Source: an uncultured bacterium (GTDB lineage: Bacteria; Armatimonadota; JACIXR01). Taken from it: 64,000 nt of DNA. The position numbers were made by a program, and so were the translations under genes. Shown one piece after another: positions 51,492-61,557 of this stretch. The DNA lies in NCBI GenBank assembly GCA_938041455.1, contig CALITO010000023.1, positions 370 to 64,369 of the forward strand, written 5' to 3'. The notes beneath the pieces are model-generated. The model ran no database searches. It was not told where the DNA came from and was given only the letters and a program-made list of their open reading frames with translations. Positions within the stretch are counted from its first letter, which is position 1. Each line of letters starts with the position of its first letter.

Positions 51492-52271
51492 ATGAAATGG
51501 CGCTGGGAGTTCCTGACGGTCTCCGAATTTGAGGTAGCCCTTGAGAGAAGTGGGCGGGTGGCGATGATACCGATAGGCAGTTTGGAGACCCATGGCCCCC
51601 ACCTACCTTTAGGAAATGATGGGCTGACAATCGGCAAAATCGCCGATATGGTCGCACAAATAGAGCCAGTTGTCGTCCTCCCTACCCTCTTCTATACCCA
51701 ATCCTATCAAGCCAAACTCCACCCAGGAGCACTCTGCATCCACGCCGAGCTCCTTACAGCGCTTTTAGAGAACATCTGCGAGGAAGCTTACCGCAATGGC
51801 TTTGAGAAAATTGTCCTCCTCCACGGACACGGAGGAAATACCCCTGCTATGGAAGGATTCTTGAGAATCCTCGCCGATAAAGGGAAACCTTACTCCCTAT
51901 ATAGCATCCCGCCCTGGGCAGGGATGGGGGAATTTATAGACCAGATCAAGGAAACGGAGAATGTAGGACACGCCTGCGAAATAGAAACAAGTATTTCCCT
52001 CTACCTTTTCCCTGAGGGAGTGAATATGGAGGCTGTTAGGGGAAAGGTTTTCCCAAAGCAAGAGGAATTGGATGTTTCTCCTGCATCTACCCCTGTTGAC
52101 TGGATGGCTACCTGGCCTGAGGGTCCTATGGGAGACCCCTCTAAGGCGACGATTGAGAAGGGGGAGAAACTGGTTCAAAAATGGGTTGAGGTCATCGTTG
52201 ACATCTTAAGAAGGATAAAGAATGACACCGTTGTGCCCAAACTTATGAGACAGCTCCGAGAGGCGAAATAA
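51492..52271 (+). CDS. creatininase-family amidohydrolase
   Basis: PIGSLETHGPHLPLGND, HGHGGN, HACEIETS. Confidence 0.92.
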   Translation: MKWRWEFLTVSEFEVALERSGRVAMIPIGSLETHGPHLPLGNDGLTIGKIADMVAQIEPVVVLPTLFYTQSYQAKLHPGALCIHAELLTALLENICEEAYRNGFEKIVLLHGHGGNTPAMEGFLRILADKGKPYSLYSIPPWAGMGEFIDQIKETENVGHACEIETSISLYLFPEGVNMEAVRGKVFPKQEELDVSPASTPVDWMATWPEGPMGDPSKATIEKGEKLVQKWVEVIVDILRRIKNDTVVPKLMRQLREAK

Positions 52272-52290
52272 GGATAAAGGAGGCGAGAAA

Positions 52291-53406
52291 ATGGAGGGCC
52301 CGAGAGGAACGAGAAAAGAAGAATTTGAGGATTTGATAAAACTTGTCAACCTCGTCTTCAGACCAGAAAGCCAATCTATGCAAAGGGAATACGAGAGCAT
52401 CTTTAATGAGGAGAACTTGGAGAATCTAAGAGTTATCGTGGAGGATGGAAAACCGGTCTCCCATATAGGGACACTGGAGAAGGAGGTGCTCATTTACAAT
52501 TGCAAATCCAGAGTGGGTTTGGTCGGAGGTGTCTGCACCCATCCAGATTACCGAGGAAGAGGCTATGCGACACTGCTCCTCAACGATTGTATAAGGCGGT
52601 TCGATGAACGGGGCTGCGATTTTATGCTTGTCTCGGGCGCCCGAAGGCTATACGATTCCGCTGATTGCCTCTTCGTGGGAAATATTATCCGCTTGGAGAT
52701 AATGAGAAGGGATTTGTGGAGGTTTGAGAGAAATAAAGACACCTCCATAGAGGATTTTAGCGAGGAGCATCTTGAAGATATGATGAAGGCTTACGAAAAG
52801 AAGAAGGTGAGGTTCGTCAGAGAAAGGAGGGACTGGGAAATCGCCCTGCGCTGCGGTCAGGTTATGAATGCCCCTTCAGATTTCCTCATAGTAAAAAAGA
52901 GCAACCAATTCCGAAGTTATCTGATCGTCCACTTCTCGGAGGGAAGAGGCGATGTCAGGGAATATGGTGGGGATAGGCAAGCTTTAATAGATGCTATTCC
53001 CATCCTTTTTGAGAAATACCATCTCGATGCCTTGATTTTTCCTGTTCCCTTTGAAGATAGCGAACTCGCAAGACCAATTCAGGACAGGGGCATCTACAGC
53101 TCTATAATGCCAGTTGCTGGCACCGTAAGGCTTCTGAACTTCGCTCGCTTTATGGAGAGAATCAGACCATACCTCAGGGAAAAATTGGGAGATATAGCAG
53201 AGGATTTGAGATTTGAGGAAAAGGAAGAGGAGTACAAAATCTCCCTGGGAAACGAGAATTTCATTATAAAAGGAAGAAGGGCAATGACCTGGACGATTCT
53301 ATCTCGTCCGGGTGGATACGAAATCCCTGGTGAGGGGAGGCTTATCGAAGCCCTCAGGAATGCTTTACCCATTCCCTTCGTTTGGTATGGGATAAATTAC
53401 ATATGA
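52291..53406 (+). CDS. Eis-like GNAT acetyltransferase
   Basis: VGGVCTHPDYRGRGYA; 371 aa. Confidence 0.82.
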   Translation: MEGPRGTRKEEFEDLIKLVNLVFRPESQSMQREYESIFNEENLENLRVIVEDGKPVSHIGTLEKEVLIYNCKSRVGLVGGVCTHPDYRGRGYATLLLNDCIRRFDERGCDFMLVSGARRLYDSADCLFVGNIIRLEIMRRDLWRFERNKDTSIEDFSEEHLEDMMKAYEKKKVRFVRERRDWEIALRCGQVMNAPSDFLIVKKSNQFRSYLIVHFSEGRGDVREYGGDRQALIDAIPILFEKYHLDALIFPVPFEDSELARPIQDRGIYSSIMPVAGTVRLLNFARFMERIRPYLREKLGDIAEDLRFEEKEEEYKISLGNENFIIKGRRAMTWTILSRPGGYEIPGEGRLIEALRNALPIPFVWYGINYI

Positions 53407-53418
53407 AGGAGTGAAAGA

Positions 53419-55479
53419 ATGAGTTTCTCTCGCAAATGGTTTGAAAAGGATTTCCGCCGAAACCTCGTGGATATGCATATTGAGGATTGGGATGAGCGTT
53501 TCCTCTCCCAACTCGAACCGCAAAGATATGTGGAGTTACTGAAGGTCGCTAGGGTCACCACAGCGATGATATACGCCAACTCCACTGTGGGCTATTGCTA
53601 TTGGCCCACGAAAACGGGAAAGATGCACAGGGGGATAAAGGGAAGGGATGTTTTGGGCGAGTTGATAGATCTCTGTCATAAGGAAGGGATGAATGTCATC
53701 ATCTATTATAGTCTCATCTATAATAACTGGGCTTACGATAAGGAACCCGATTGGCGAATGAGGCTCGCCGATGGGAGGGAAGCCAGGGCTTGGACGGGGC
53801 GTTATGGGGTTTGTTGCCCTAACTCAGGCTATAGGGATTTCGCCCTGAGCCAAATAGAGGAACTCTGCCGGGACTATGAATTTGAAGGCTTCTTCTTTGA
53901 TATGACCTTCTGGCCAATCGTCTGCTACTGCCAATCCTGCAGGGAACGTTTTCTTAAAGAGGTTGGTAAAGAACTACCCAAAGTAATAGATTGGGAGAAT
54001 GCGGATTGGGTTGAGTTTCAAAGGAAGAGGGAGGAATGGCTATCCGAGTTCGCCCAACTCGTCACCAAGCAGGCGAAAAATCTTAAACCGGGCGTTTCTA
54101 TTGAGCATCAGTTCTCCACCTGCGTTGCGAATTGGGTGTTTGGGGTAACCCAAGCCATCTCGGAAGCGAGCGATTACTGCGGAGGAGATTTCTACGGGGG
54201 CGCCCTTCAGGAATCCTTTGTCTGCAAGCTCTACTACAACCTAACCAGAAACCAGCCATTTGAATTTATGACCAGTAGATGCATAAATATTAGCGACCAT
54301 ACGACTACTAAACCCAAGGAACTGCTGGAAGCGCAGGCATTCTCCGCCCTGGCTAACGGAGGAGCATTCCTCTTCATTGACGCAATTGACCCTACCGGAA
54401 CTATGAACCAGAGGATATATAAGACGATGGGAGAAATATTTGAGAAACTCAGGGATTACGAAGAGTATATCGGCGGAGAACTCTGCCAGGATTTGGGGAT
54501 TTATTTCAGTTTCGAGTCCAAGTTCGACCTAAATGACAACGGTAAGAGTGTTATGGAGACATCAGGCAGAGAACCCCACTTGGATTCAGCACTTAATGTG
54601 ACGAAAAGTCTTATATATGCTCATATTCCCTTTGGGATAATAACGAAGAAAAACTTGGAAAACTTGAGAAAATACAAAGCCATAGTCTTGCCCAACCTCC
54701 TGATGATGGACGGGGAAGAAGCAGAGGCATTGAGGGATTATGTGTCCTCGGGCGGAAGGCTCTACGCAAGTTATTATGCATCCCTTTTGGATAAAAATGG
54801 CAATAAACGAGACTTTCTTCTCTCAGATGTTTTGGGAATTTCCTATATAGGTGAAACCAAGGAAGGTGTTACCTACATAAGTCCATCCAAAGAGCTCCCC
54901 GAACTCTTCGGCGATATAACTCCTCAAGCACCCCTAATTCTCTTCCATCCCCAAGTAATAGCTGAAGCGTCCGACGGTGCGGAGACCATAGCAAGGATTT
55001 GCCTACCTTACACAGACCCCGTGGATAGAACAAGGTTTGTCTCCATACATTCCAATCCTCCAGGGGTTATCGTAGATTATCCCGCGATTGTGAAGAATAA
55101 ATTCGGAAAGGGAGAGGCAATATGGTGCGCTGGACCTTTGGAGATGGTAGACCAAGAAAGGCATAGGGAATTTTTCCTCAGATTGCTCAAATCACTGGTT
55201 AAAGAGGGCTTCTCCTTTGAAGCGAAGGCCCCGAAGTCTGTGGAGATAACCATGTTTAAAAGGGATGAAGGATACATCGTCAATCTCCTCAACTTCCAAC
55301 CAGAACTCCCCAACATCCCCATAACGGGGATTAAATTGAGAATTAAAATCGGAAATAAACCCATCTCCAAGGTGTTCATACTGCCTTCCGGAACTCCCCT
55401 CCCCTTTGAAATAGAAAACAACTACATAAAAGTTGAAATTCCCAGGGTAGATACATTTTTAATGTTAGGTATCCAATAA
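53419..55479 (+). CDS. glycoside hydrolase-like protein (GHL6/GH42-like) with trimerisation domain
   Basis: DMHI, CYWPTK.G.MH, CPNSGY, FFFDM, CYCQSC; C-terminal GATase-like IVLPN...YVSSGG. Confidence 0.75.
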   Translation: MSFSRKWFEKDFRRNLVDMHIEDWDERFLSQLEPQRYVELLKVARVTTAMIYANSTVGYCYWPTKTGKMHRGIKGRDVLGELIDLCHKEGMNVIIYYSLIYNNWAYDKEPDWRMRLADGREARAWTGRYGVCCPNSGYRDFALSQIEELCRDYEFEGFFFDMTFWPIVCYCQSCRERFLKEVGKELPKVIDWENADWVEFQRKREEWLSEFAQLVTKQAKNLKPGVSIEHQFSTCVANWVFGVTQAISEASDYCGGDFYGGALQESFVCKLYYNLTRNQPFEFMTSRCINISDHTTTKPKELLEAQAFSALANGGAFLFIDAIDPTGTMNQRIYKTMGEIFEKLRDYEEYIGGELCQDLGIYFSFESKFDLNDNGKSVMETSGREPHLDSALNVTKSLIYAHIPFGIITKKNLENLRKYKAIVLPNLLMMDGEEAEALRDYVSSGGRLYASYYASLLDKNGNKRDFLLSDVLGISYIGETKEGVTYISPSKELPELFGDITPQAPLILFHPQVIAEASDGAETIARICLPYTDPVDRTRFVSIHSNPPGVIVDYPAIVKNKFGKGEAIWCAGPLEMVDQERHREFFLRLLKSLVKEGFSFEAKAPKSVEITMFKRDEGYIVNLLNFQPELPNIPITGIKLRIKIGNKPISKVFILPSGTPLPFEIENNYIKVEIPRVDTFLMLGIQ

Positions 55480-55502
55480 ATATTAAGAGAGGAGGCGTGT
55501 AT

Positions 55503-58500
55503 ATGAAAATTCTTTTCAGCGTGGCAACTTGTGTGTTGCTTTTGGTTGTAGGAGAGGTTTGGGCAGGGAGGATGACGATTTCCCTGGATGGAAGATGGGA
55601 GTTCGTCAAAGTTCACTCCCTTGATGAACCTATCCCTACTTCGGGCTGGCAACCAATAAACATCCCCGGCACACTCTACGGCTACAACTACGAGAGAGCG
55701 TGGTTCCATAGAAAAATCTTCATCCCTAAGGAATGGAACTATTACCGTGTCATCCTTCGCTTTGGAGGCGTTAAATACAATAGCAGGGTCATCGTCAATG
55801 GCAAAGATGTGGGCGGATGCTTCAATGGCTACGATGCCTTCCAATTGGATATAACATCAGCGGTTCGCTTCGGCGCCGATAACGATATCTTCGTCGGCGT
55901 CCACGACTGGACGGGGGTCTTCGTAGGCGAAAAGGTAGATTTTGAAATGGTTCAAAAAACTTCCAATATTGACTTGCGAGAGGTCCCTCAAGACCGCATA
56001 ATTTCCCCCATTGGCGGACACTATTACCAATACGGTATATGGAACAGCGTTTATCTCCTCGCCGTCCCACCCATTTACATCAAGGAAACCTTGATCCGTC
56101 CTTCCATCCGACAAAACAAACTTGAAGTAGAGGTTAAAGTCGTAAATGCAGGTGATAAAAGCGCCAGCGTAACCTTAAAGGGCGATATCTATCCTTGGGA
56201 TGGAAGAGGAAAGGATAAGAGTGGACAATGGGGAGTAAAGGGAAAAGCGGTGGCAAGCTTTCCCGCAACAAAATTGGAGATCCCCCCTGGTGAAACTCAC
56301 TCCCTAACCCTTAACCTTGCCAAACCTTCCCTTAATACCTGGTCCCCCTATAATCCCCACCTCTATGTTTTGGAGCTTAGAATTGACCGGCCTAACGGCG
56401 ATGTTCTGCGGGAACGTTTTGGCTATAGGGAACTCTGGGCAGAGAATGGAGACTTCTATTTTAATGGTAAGAAGGTGCACCTCCTTGCTTCCTCTTGGTG
56501 GCCTCCCACACAGGGAGTTTCAAGGGAATATGTAGTGGAGCAAATAACCGCCCTTAAGAAGATGAATGCGGTAGCATTCCGCACTCATACCCAGCCCTGG
56601 CAGGATGTATATTACGAGGTTGCGGATGAGCTCGGCCTAATGATGATTCCCGAGGCAGCAATCTGGAACGATGACACCGTCTACCGCGTCTTTGACCCCA
56701 AGTTCTGGGAGAATTACGCCGAGCATCTACGCTCTATGATCCGCCATCTCTACAATCATCCTTCGGTGATTATGTGGAGTTTGGAGAACGAGCTCACAGG
56801 GCCAAGGGTGAACGAGAACTTCCCTGAGACGGAAGAAAACCTGGCGAGAATGGGCAGAATTGTGAAGGCAGAAGACCCCACACGCCTCATAACCTATGAA
56901 TCGGATGGGGACCCCGGTGGAGCTACGGATGTCATCGGCATCCATTATCCCAACGAGTTTCCCCAGAGGCGTCTTTGGCCCAACGATGCCTACTGGATGG
57001 AAGAGCCTCGTTATGCAGGCGGTGGAGGGGGAATATTCTGGAAAGGTCTTTTCCTTTGGGACCGTAAGAAACCCTTATATATAGGAGAATATCTCTGGGT
57101 CCCCTCCCGCGACCCCTCTACCAACACCCTCTTTTACGGCGATGAAGCCTATCGTGACCATCAAACCTACCGCACTTTGGCGAAGGCTTTAGCCTGGCGG
57201 ATGCAAATCCTCGCCTACCGCCACTACGAGGTCAGTGGGCACTCCCCTTGGACGGTCATAGAACAAGGTCCCCTTGATGAGCGCAATCCCTGCTGGGTCG
57301 CCCAAAGGGATATGTATCGCCCCCTCGCTTGCTTTATTGAAGAATACGATTCTCGCTTCTTCTCAGAAGAAACAGTCCAGAGAACAGTGGAGTTCTTCAA
57401 CGATACTATGAAGGACTTACCAAAAGTTACATTCAAATGGGCACTGTTGGAAGGCAAGAGAACCCTCCAAGAGGGAGAAGAAACCTTGAATATGAAAAGC
57501 GGTGACCGCCTGGAGCGAGTTATCAAGGTTACCTTACCCAAGGTATCCGCTCGCAAGCAGTTAACATTAAGCTTAACCCTTAATGCTAATGGCGTTGCGC
57601 CATTCAAGGAAGAATGGAAGATAGAAGTCTTCCCGCCCCTCTCCAAAGATCTCTTCCCCCAAGTTCCCCTCTTTATTTACGACCCTAAAGACAAGCTCTC
57701 ATCCACATTGAGTAATATAGGAGTAAAGTTTAATCAGCTCGACCGATTAAGAGAGTGGAGCGGTGAGGGAATCCTCCTGATAGCTCCCGAAGCGTTGGAG
57801 GCTGAGAAGCCAACTGAACCCCCCATCATAGGGGAACCACGGGGTGCGGAGCAATGGTTAGCCCAACAAATTGAGAATGGAGGAAAGGTGCTCGTTTTGG
57901 AGCAGACCCCCTCGGCAGGGGAGTGGCTTCCCCTTTCCTTGGAGAACCAATCCTCCACTTTCAGCTTCCCCCTTATTTCCAACCACCCCATTCTCCAGGG
58001 CATAACCTCTGAGGATCTTCGCTGGTGGCGCGGAGATAACCTTGTCAGTTTAAACGAGCCAATTCGTCCTATGCAGGCTGGAATGCTCCCTCTCATAGTT
58101 ACAGGCACGGGGAGGGGACTTTCTCACGCCCCCCTTGTAGAGGTAAGACAGGGGAAAGGAGCATTGATAATCTGCCAAATGAGAGTGGCAAGCAAACTGA
58201 CAAGCGAGCCTATGGCAGGTGTGCTTCTTGGAAGAATGCTCAACTATCTGGCAAACTATGAGCCGCCCGAGGGAGAAGCGCTCGTCCTCGCATCTCCTTC
58301 TCTTCAAAGGAAGCTCGAAGCCCTGCGGTTAGATTGGCGCCCCCTTGAGAGTTTCTCCAAGCTCCGCTATCCCGATACCCAACTTCTGATAATAGAGGAT
58401 AGTTCCCTCATAGCCGAAAACTTTGGGCAACTACAAAAATTCATAGAAGCGGGAGGAAATGTCCTCTGGCATCGCCCCAAAGCTGAGGACCTCGCAAAAC

Positions 58501-59636
58501 TATCAGAACTTTCCCTTGTGCTCCAGCCCTATCAAGGACCAATTACCCGAGCGGAAGGAGAGGGTGAACTATTCTCCTATTTGTCAAGAGAAGACCTCTA
58601 CTGGCTTGCTCCTCCCAGCGGTCCCTGGTGGCAGGTCGCTCCCATCGCGGTCAACTCCGTTGACGGTGTATTCATTTCTAAAACAGCCCTTCCGGGTGCC
58701 AAAAGGTTCCCCGCCACGAAGGGAGCGAAAATAGAAGAAGGTGTAAATATAGTGGGAAATGAGCTAGCCTTCTTCACCCGGGGTATGGCTGAATGGGAGA
58801 TAGAGATTCCCCAATCAGGGACATATAATTTCGGCTTGGTAGCCAGGGGAACACCCGTAGGGGGAATCTATCCCATAGTTGATGTCTATCTTGACGGAGA
58901 AAAGGTTGGAATTATTTATGTGGGAAGCGAGAAACAAGCAACTTATGTTTGCTCGTTCTTTGCTAAAAAGGGAAAACATAGGTTAGGCATCGCTTTCACC
59001 AACGATGCCTGGGCACCTCCCGAGGACCGCAACCTCTGGGTTAAAGAGTTCCTTTTGGCAAAGGGCGAGGAAAGAGAAAAAATGGAAGTTTTAACCTCCC
59101 CTCCCGCTCTGATATCGCTTCCCCTGGGTAAAGGCAAATTGGTCCTGAGTTCCATTCGTTGGGATGAGCCGCCGGCGGGCAACGGACTTAAAGCGAGAAG
59201 GTTTATCTCCCACCTGCTCACAGCCTTAGGTGCGAGGTTTCTTCCTGCGAATAAGGTAAGCGTAATAAAGGCGGAGAGATTCAATCCGGCAGGAGAGTAT
59301 CCTTTATTGAACTGGGAGGAAGGTTTCATCGCCATGGCGACCAACGCCACTGTGAAGACGGAGATAGATGTCGCTCAGAAGGGGAATTATAGAATAACGA
59401 TTTGGGCAAGAGGGACGCAAGCTGAGGGTGTTTACCCTATAGTCGTCCTGGATTTGGACGGAGAGGAGATAGGAAGGATTGAATGCAAGGGGGAAGAGTG
59501 GAACCCCCACTCCATAGAGGCAGAACTCCCTGCGGGGAAACATACATTCTCCCTGAGCTTCATAAATGATCTCTGGCGCCCTCCGGAGGATAGGAATCTC
59601 TGGGTTTCCCAGGTAGAATTTGAGCTATTGAGATGA
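55503..59636 (+). CDS. large secreted GH2 glycosidase with two C-terminal CBM60-like modules
   Basis: Signal peptide; ISLDGRWEF, LRFGGV, GIW, NHPSVIMWSLENE, DPTR; two F(T/I)ND..PPEDRNLWV modules. Confidence 0.85.
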   Translation: MKILFSVATCVLLLVVGEVWAGRMTISLDGRWEFVKVHSLDEPIPTSGWQPINIPGTLYGYNYERAWFHRKIFIPKEWNYYRVILRFGGVKYNSRVIVNGKDVGGCFNGYDAFQLDITSAVRFGADNDIFVGVHDWTGVFVGEKVDFEMVQKTSNIDLREVPQDRIISPIGGHYYQYGIWNSVYLLAVPPIYIKETLIRPSIRQNKLEVEVKVVNAGDKSASVTLKGDIYPWDGRGKDKSGQWGVKGKAVASFPATKLEIPPGETHSLTLNLAKPSLNTWSPYNPHLYVLELRIDRPNGDVLRERFGYRELWAENGDFYFNGKKVHLLASSWWPPTQGVSREYVVEQITALKKMNAVAFRTHTQPWQDVYYEVADELGLMMIPEAAIWNDDTVYRVFDPKFWENYAEHLRSMIRHLYNHPSVIMWSLENELTGPRVNENFPETEENLARMGRIVKAEDPTRLITYESDGDPGGATDVIGIHYPNEFPQRRLWPNDAYWMEEPRYAGGGGGIFWKGLFLWDRKKPLYIGEYLWVPSRDPSTNTLFYGDEAYRDHQTYRTLAKALAWRMQILAYRHYEVSGHSPWTVIEQGPLDERNPCWVAQRDMYRPLACFIEEYDSRFFSEETVQRTVEFFNDTMKDLPKVTFKWALLEGKRTLQEGEETLNMKSGDRLERVIKVTLPKVSARKQLTLSLTLNANGVAPFKEEWKIEVFPPLSKDLFPQVPLFIYDPKDKLSSTLSNIGVKFNQLDRLREWSGEGILLIAPEALEAEKPTEPPIIGEPRGAEQWLAQQIENGGKVLVLEQTPSAGEWLPLSLENQSSTFSFPLISNHPILQGITSEDLRWWRGDNLVSLNEPIRPMQAGMLPLIVTGTGRGLSHAPLVEVRQGKGALIICQMRVASKLTSEPMAGVLLGRMLNYLANYEPPEGEALVLASPSLQRKLEALRLDWRPLESFSKLRYPDTQLLIIEDSSLIAENFGQLQKFIEAGGNVLWHRPKAEDLAKLSELSLVLQPYQGPITRAEGEGELFSYLSREDLYWLAPPSGPWWQVAPIAVNSVDGVFISKTALPGAKRFPATKGAKIEEGVNIVGNELAFFTRGMAEWEIEIPQSGTYNFGLVARGTPVGGIYPIVDVYLDGEKVGIIYVGSEKQATYVCSFFAKKGKHRLGIAFTNDAWAPPEDRNLWVKEFLLAKGEEREKMEVLTSPPALISLPLGKGKLVLSSIRWDEPPAGNGLKARRFISHLLTALGARFLPANKVSVIKAERFNPAGEYPLLNWEEGFIAMATNATVKTEIDVAQKGNYRITIWARGTQAEGVYPIVVLDLDGEEIGRIECKGEEWNPHSIEAELPAGKHTFSLSFINDLWRPPEDRNLWVSQVEFELLR

Positions 59637-59651
59637 GCGTTTAAAAATTCC

Positions 59652-59680
59652 AGGGGGCGGGGCGAAACACCCCGCCCCCT
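59652..59680. terminator. GC-rich hairpin between convergent genes
   Basis: AGGGGGCGGGG-cgaaaca-CCCCGCCCCCT; no clear U-tract. Confidence 0.7.
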
Positions 59681-59686
59681 AAGCAC

Positions 59687-59986
59687 TTACTCTTCCTCCT
59701 TCTCCAACTCCTGTAGGCGTTTCTCTATCTCCGCTAATATCTTCCTTAACTCCTCTGCTTGCGCCTTCAGGAACTCTGCCTCTTCCTTGGGGGTAGGAAC
59801 ACCACCCCAGGGGGGAGGAAACCCACCCCCAAAGGGATGCCACCACCAACAGGCTCCCCAAGCGGGTAAACCCATCGCCGCTCGCACCCAGCCGGGATAT
59901 CCTGTCATTGGCCACCAGAATCGCCATCCCTTTCCAGGACCACTATGCCCTGGGGAATCGCATCCTCTTCCAGGACCACTATGCAT
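59687..59986 (-). CDS. DUF5320-like small Gly/Pro/Trp-rich protein with C-terminal coiled coil
   Basis: SD AAGGAGGTGA; TGYPGW..., EAEFLKAQAEELRKILAEIEKRLQELE. Confidence 0.8.
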   Translation of the reverse strand: MHSGPGRGCDSPGHSGPGKGWRFWWPMTGYPGWVRAAMGLPAWGACWWWHPFGGGFPPPWGGVPTPKEEAEFLKAQAEELRKILAEIEKRLQELEKEEE

Positions 59987-60006
59987 TGAGGGATCACCTC
60001 CTTTAT

Positions 60007-60021
60007 TGATAATTATTTTCA
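60007..60021. promoter_or_regulatory. Fur-family operator (7-1-7 box)
   Basis: TGATAAT-T-ATTTTCA, one mismatch from TGATAATnATTATCA, between the -10 box and the SD of the DUF5320-like gene. Confidence 0.7.
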
Positions 60022-60024
60022 ATA

Positions 60025-60053
60025 ATTATACAACGAGCCTTTAGAAAAGTCAA
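60025..60053 (-). promoter_or_regulatory. sigma70-type promoter of the DUF5320-like gene
   Basis: TTGACT-N17-TATAAT on the minus strand. Confidence 0.7.
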
Positions 60054-60123
60054 ATAATGGAGGAGAGTCCTTTCCCTACTTTTCCCCTTGACGAGGAAAG
60101 AGAATGCTCCTAAATTTGATTAG

Positions 60124-60513
60124 ATGCGTTTGAAAATTCTTATTTCCTGCCTCATAGTTCTATCGCTTCTGCCCGGTTGTGGAGGTGGAGGAGGTATCCC
60201 ACCCTCGCAAGATAATAATCCACCTACACCACCGTTCAATATCTATGGAGTGGTCACAGATTCCCTGGGGAGAGTTCTTGGGGGTGCAAGTGTCTCCGCT
60301 TATTACAAGGACGCTCCTCAGACCATCTTGGACCAAGATGAAACGGATGCCAAGGGAAGATACTACCTTTGGGTGCCTGTTGCGGAGGATAAGAAATATG
60401 TGGTAACCGCTTCAAAAACAGGCTATCAATCCGCTTCCAAAGAGGTGGAGTTATCCCCTCCCGATTATCAACAGGAAGTGAATTTCTCCCTTGAGCCAAA
60501 GGCTAAGAGATGA
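60124..60513 (+). CDS. lipoprotein with carboxypeptidase-regulatory-like beta-sandwich
   Basis: Lipobox LLPGC followed by GGGGG; IYGVVTD...GASV...TDAKGRY...ASKTGY. Confidence 0.8.
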   Translation: MRLKILISCLIVLSLLPGCGGGGGIPPSQDNNPPTPPFNIYGVVTDSLGRVLGGASVSAYYKDAPQTILDQDETDAKGRYYLWVPVAEDKKYVVTASKTGYQSASKEVELSPPDYQQEVNFSLEPKAKR

Positions 60514-61550
60514 GATATTGGCGCTATATTTTCGTCCTCCTGCTTATGGGAATAGCGGTTAAGTTTCTCGCTCCCAAGGTAGGGGAAACATACCAGGAGA
60601 TACCCCTCGTCTTTAAAAGAGCGAGCAAGGATCTCATTCCCCTCCTCTTGCTTGCCCAAGCTCTATATTATTTCGGGGATGGCTGGCTTTCCAAGGTGGT
60701 GCTGGATATGGGGGGATATAATCTCCGCCTTAAGGACACTGTGAGGATAGCTATCTTGGGAATAGTGGGAAACCAGGCAATCCCCGTTTTTGGGGGGGTA
60801 GCAATAAGCTATTATTTTTATCGGAAGATGCGCCTGCCCCATGAGGCGGTCATCTTCCTGGTCATCAGCTGGACGCTCATTGTTTATATTATGTATGCTA
60901 TCTTCTTTTTCCTAAGCCTTCTCTTCGCCCCCCTTTCTCCCCTCTATTTTCTCCCCCCGCCTGTCTTGATAACCTCTATAATAGTTGTTGTCTTAGTTGT
61001 TATTTCTCTCTATTTCCTCTTCAAAGAGGAAGGTGAGAAACTCGCCTCTCTATGTGAAAAGGTTGCGAGAGGTTTGAATAGAGTAGGACAAGTTTTTCAC
61101 AAAAGGGAGTTGCTCGACCCCGAACGCCCCAAACGGTTCATCCCCCGCCTTTACGAGACCTTCAGGATGTTGGGAACCAACTACTACAAACTCCCCTCCG
61201 CCTTATTTGCCTCCCTTCTTTTCTATCTCGGCAATATATTCACCCTATATTTCGCCTTTTTGATATTTGGATACAAACTGAGCTTCTTCCATATAGTTTT
61301 CTGCTATTCCCTTTCCCTCCTCCTCAGCGCCCTCACTTTGGTTCCCCAAGCCCCAGGGGTCCTGCTCGCTTCCCTGAGCGTAATCTTCACAGCGTTGGGT
61401 GTTCCCGCTCACATCGTCATACTCTCAGGGACGCTCTATCGTGCCTTCTCCTATTGGCTTCCCCTTTTAGTAGGCGTGGTCTCCCTAATCCATATGAGGA
61501 GGGAACTGCAGAGGTTGGAGGAAAAATCTTTAAAAGAATCGGAGATATAG
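60510..61550 (+). CDS. lysylphosphatidylglycerol synthase TM / flippase-like membrane protein
   Basis: Polytopic; NQAIP..GG, LVPQAPGV, LYRAFSYWLPLLVG. Confidence 0.8.
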   Translation: MRYWRYIFVLLLMGIAVKFLAPKVGETYQEIPLVFKRASKDLIPLLLLAQALYYFGDGWLSKVVLDMGGYNLRLKDTVRIAILGIVGNQAIPVFGGVAISYYFYRKMRLPHEAVIFLVISWTLIVYIMYAIFFFLSLLFAPLSPLYFLPPPVLITSIIVVVLVVISLYFLFKEEGEKLASLCEKVARGLNRVGQVFHKRELLDPERPKRFIPRLYETFRMLGTNYYKLPSALFASLLFYLGNIFTLYFAFLIFGYKLSFFHIVFCYSLSLLLSALTLVPQAPGVLLASLSVIFTALGVPAHIVILSGTLYRAFSYWLPLLVGVVSLIHMRRELQRLEEKSLKESEI

Positions 61551-61557
61551 AACCTGC

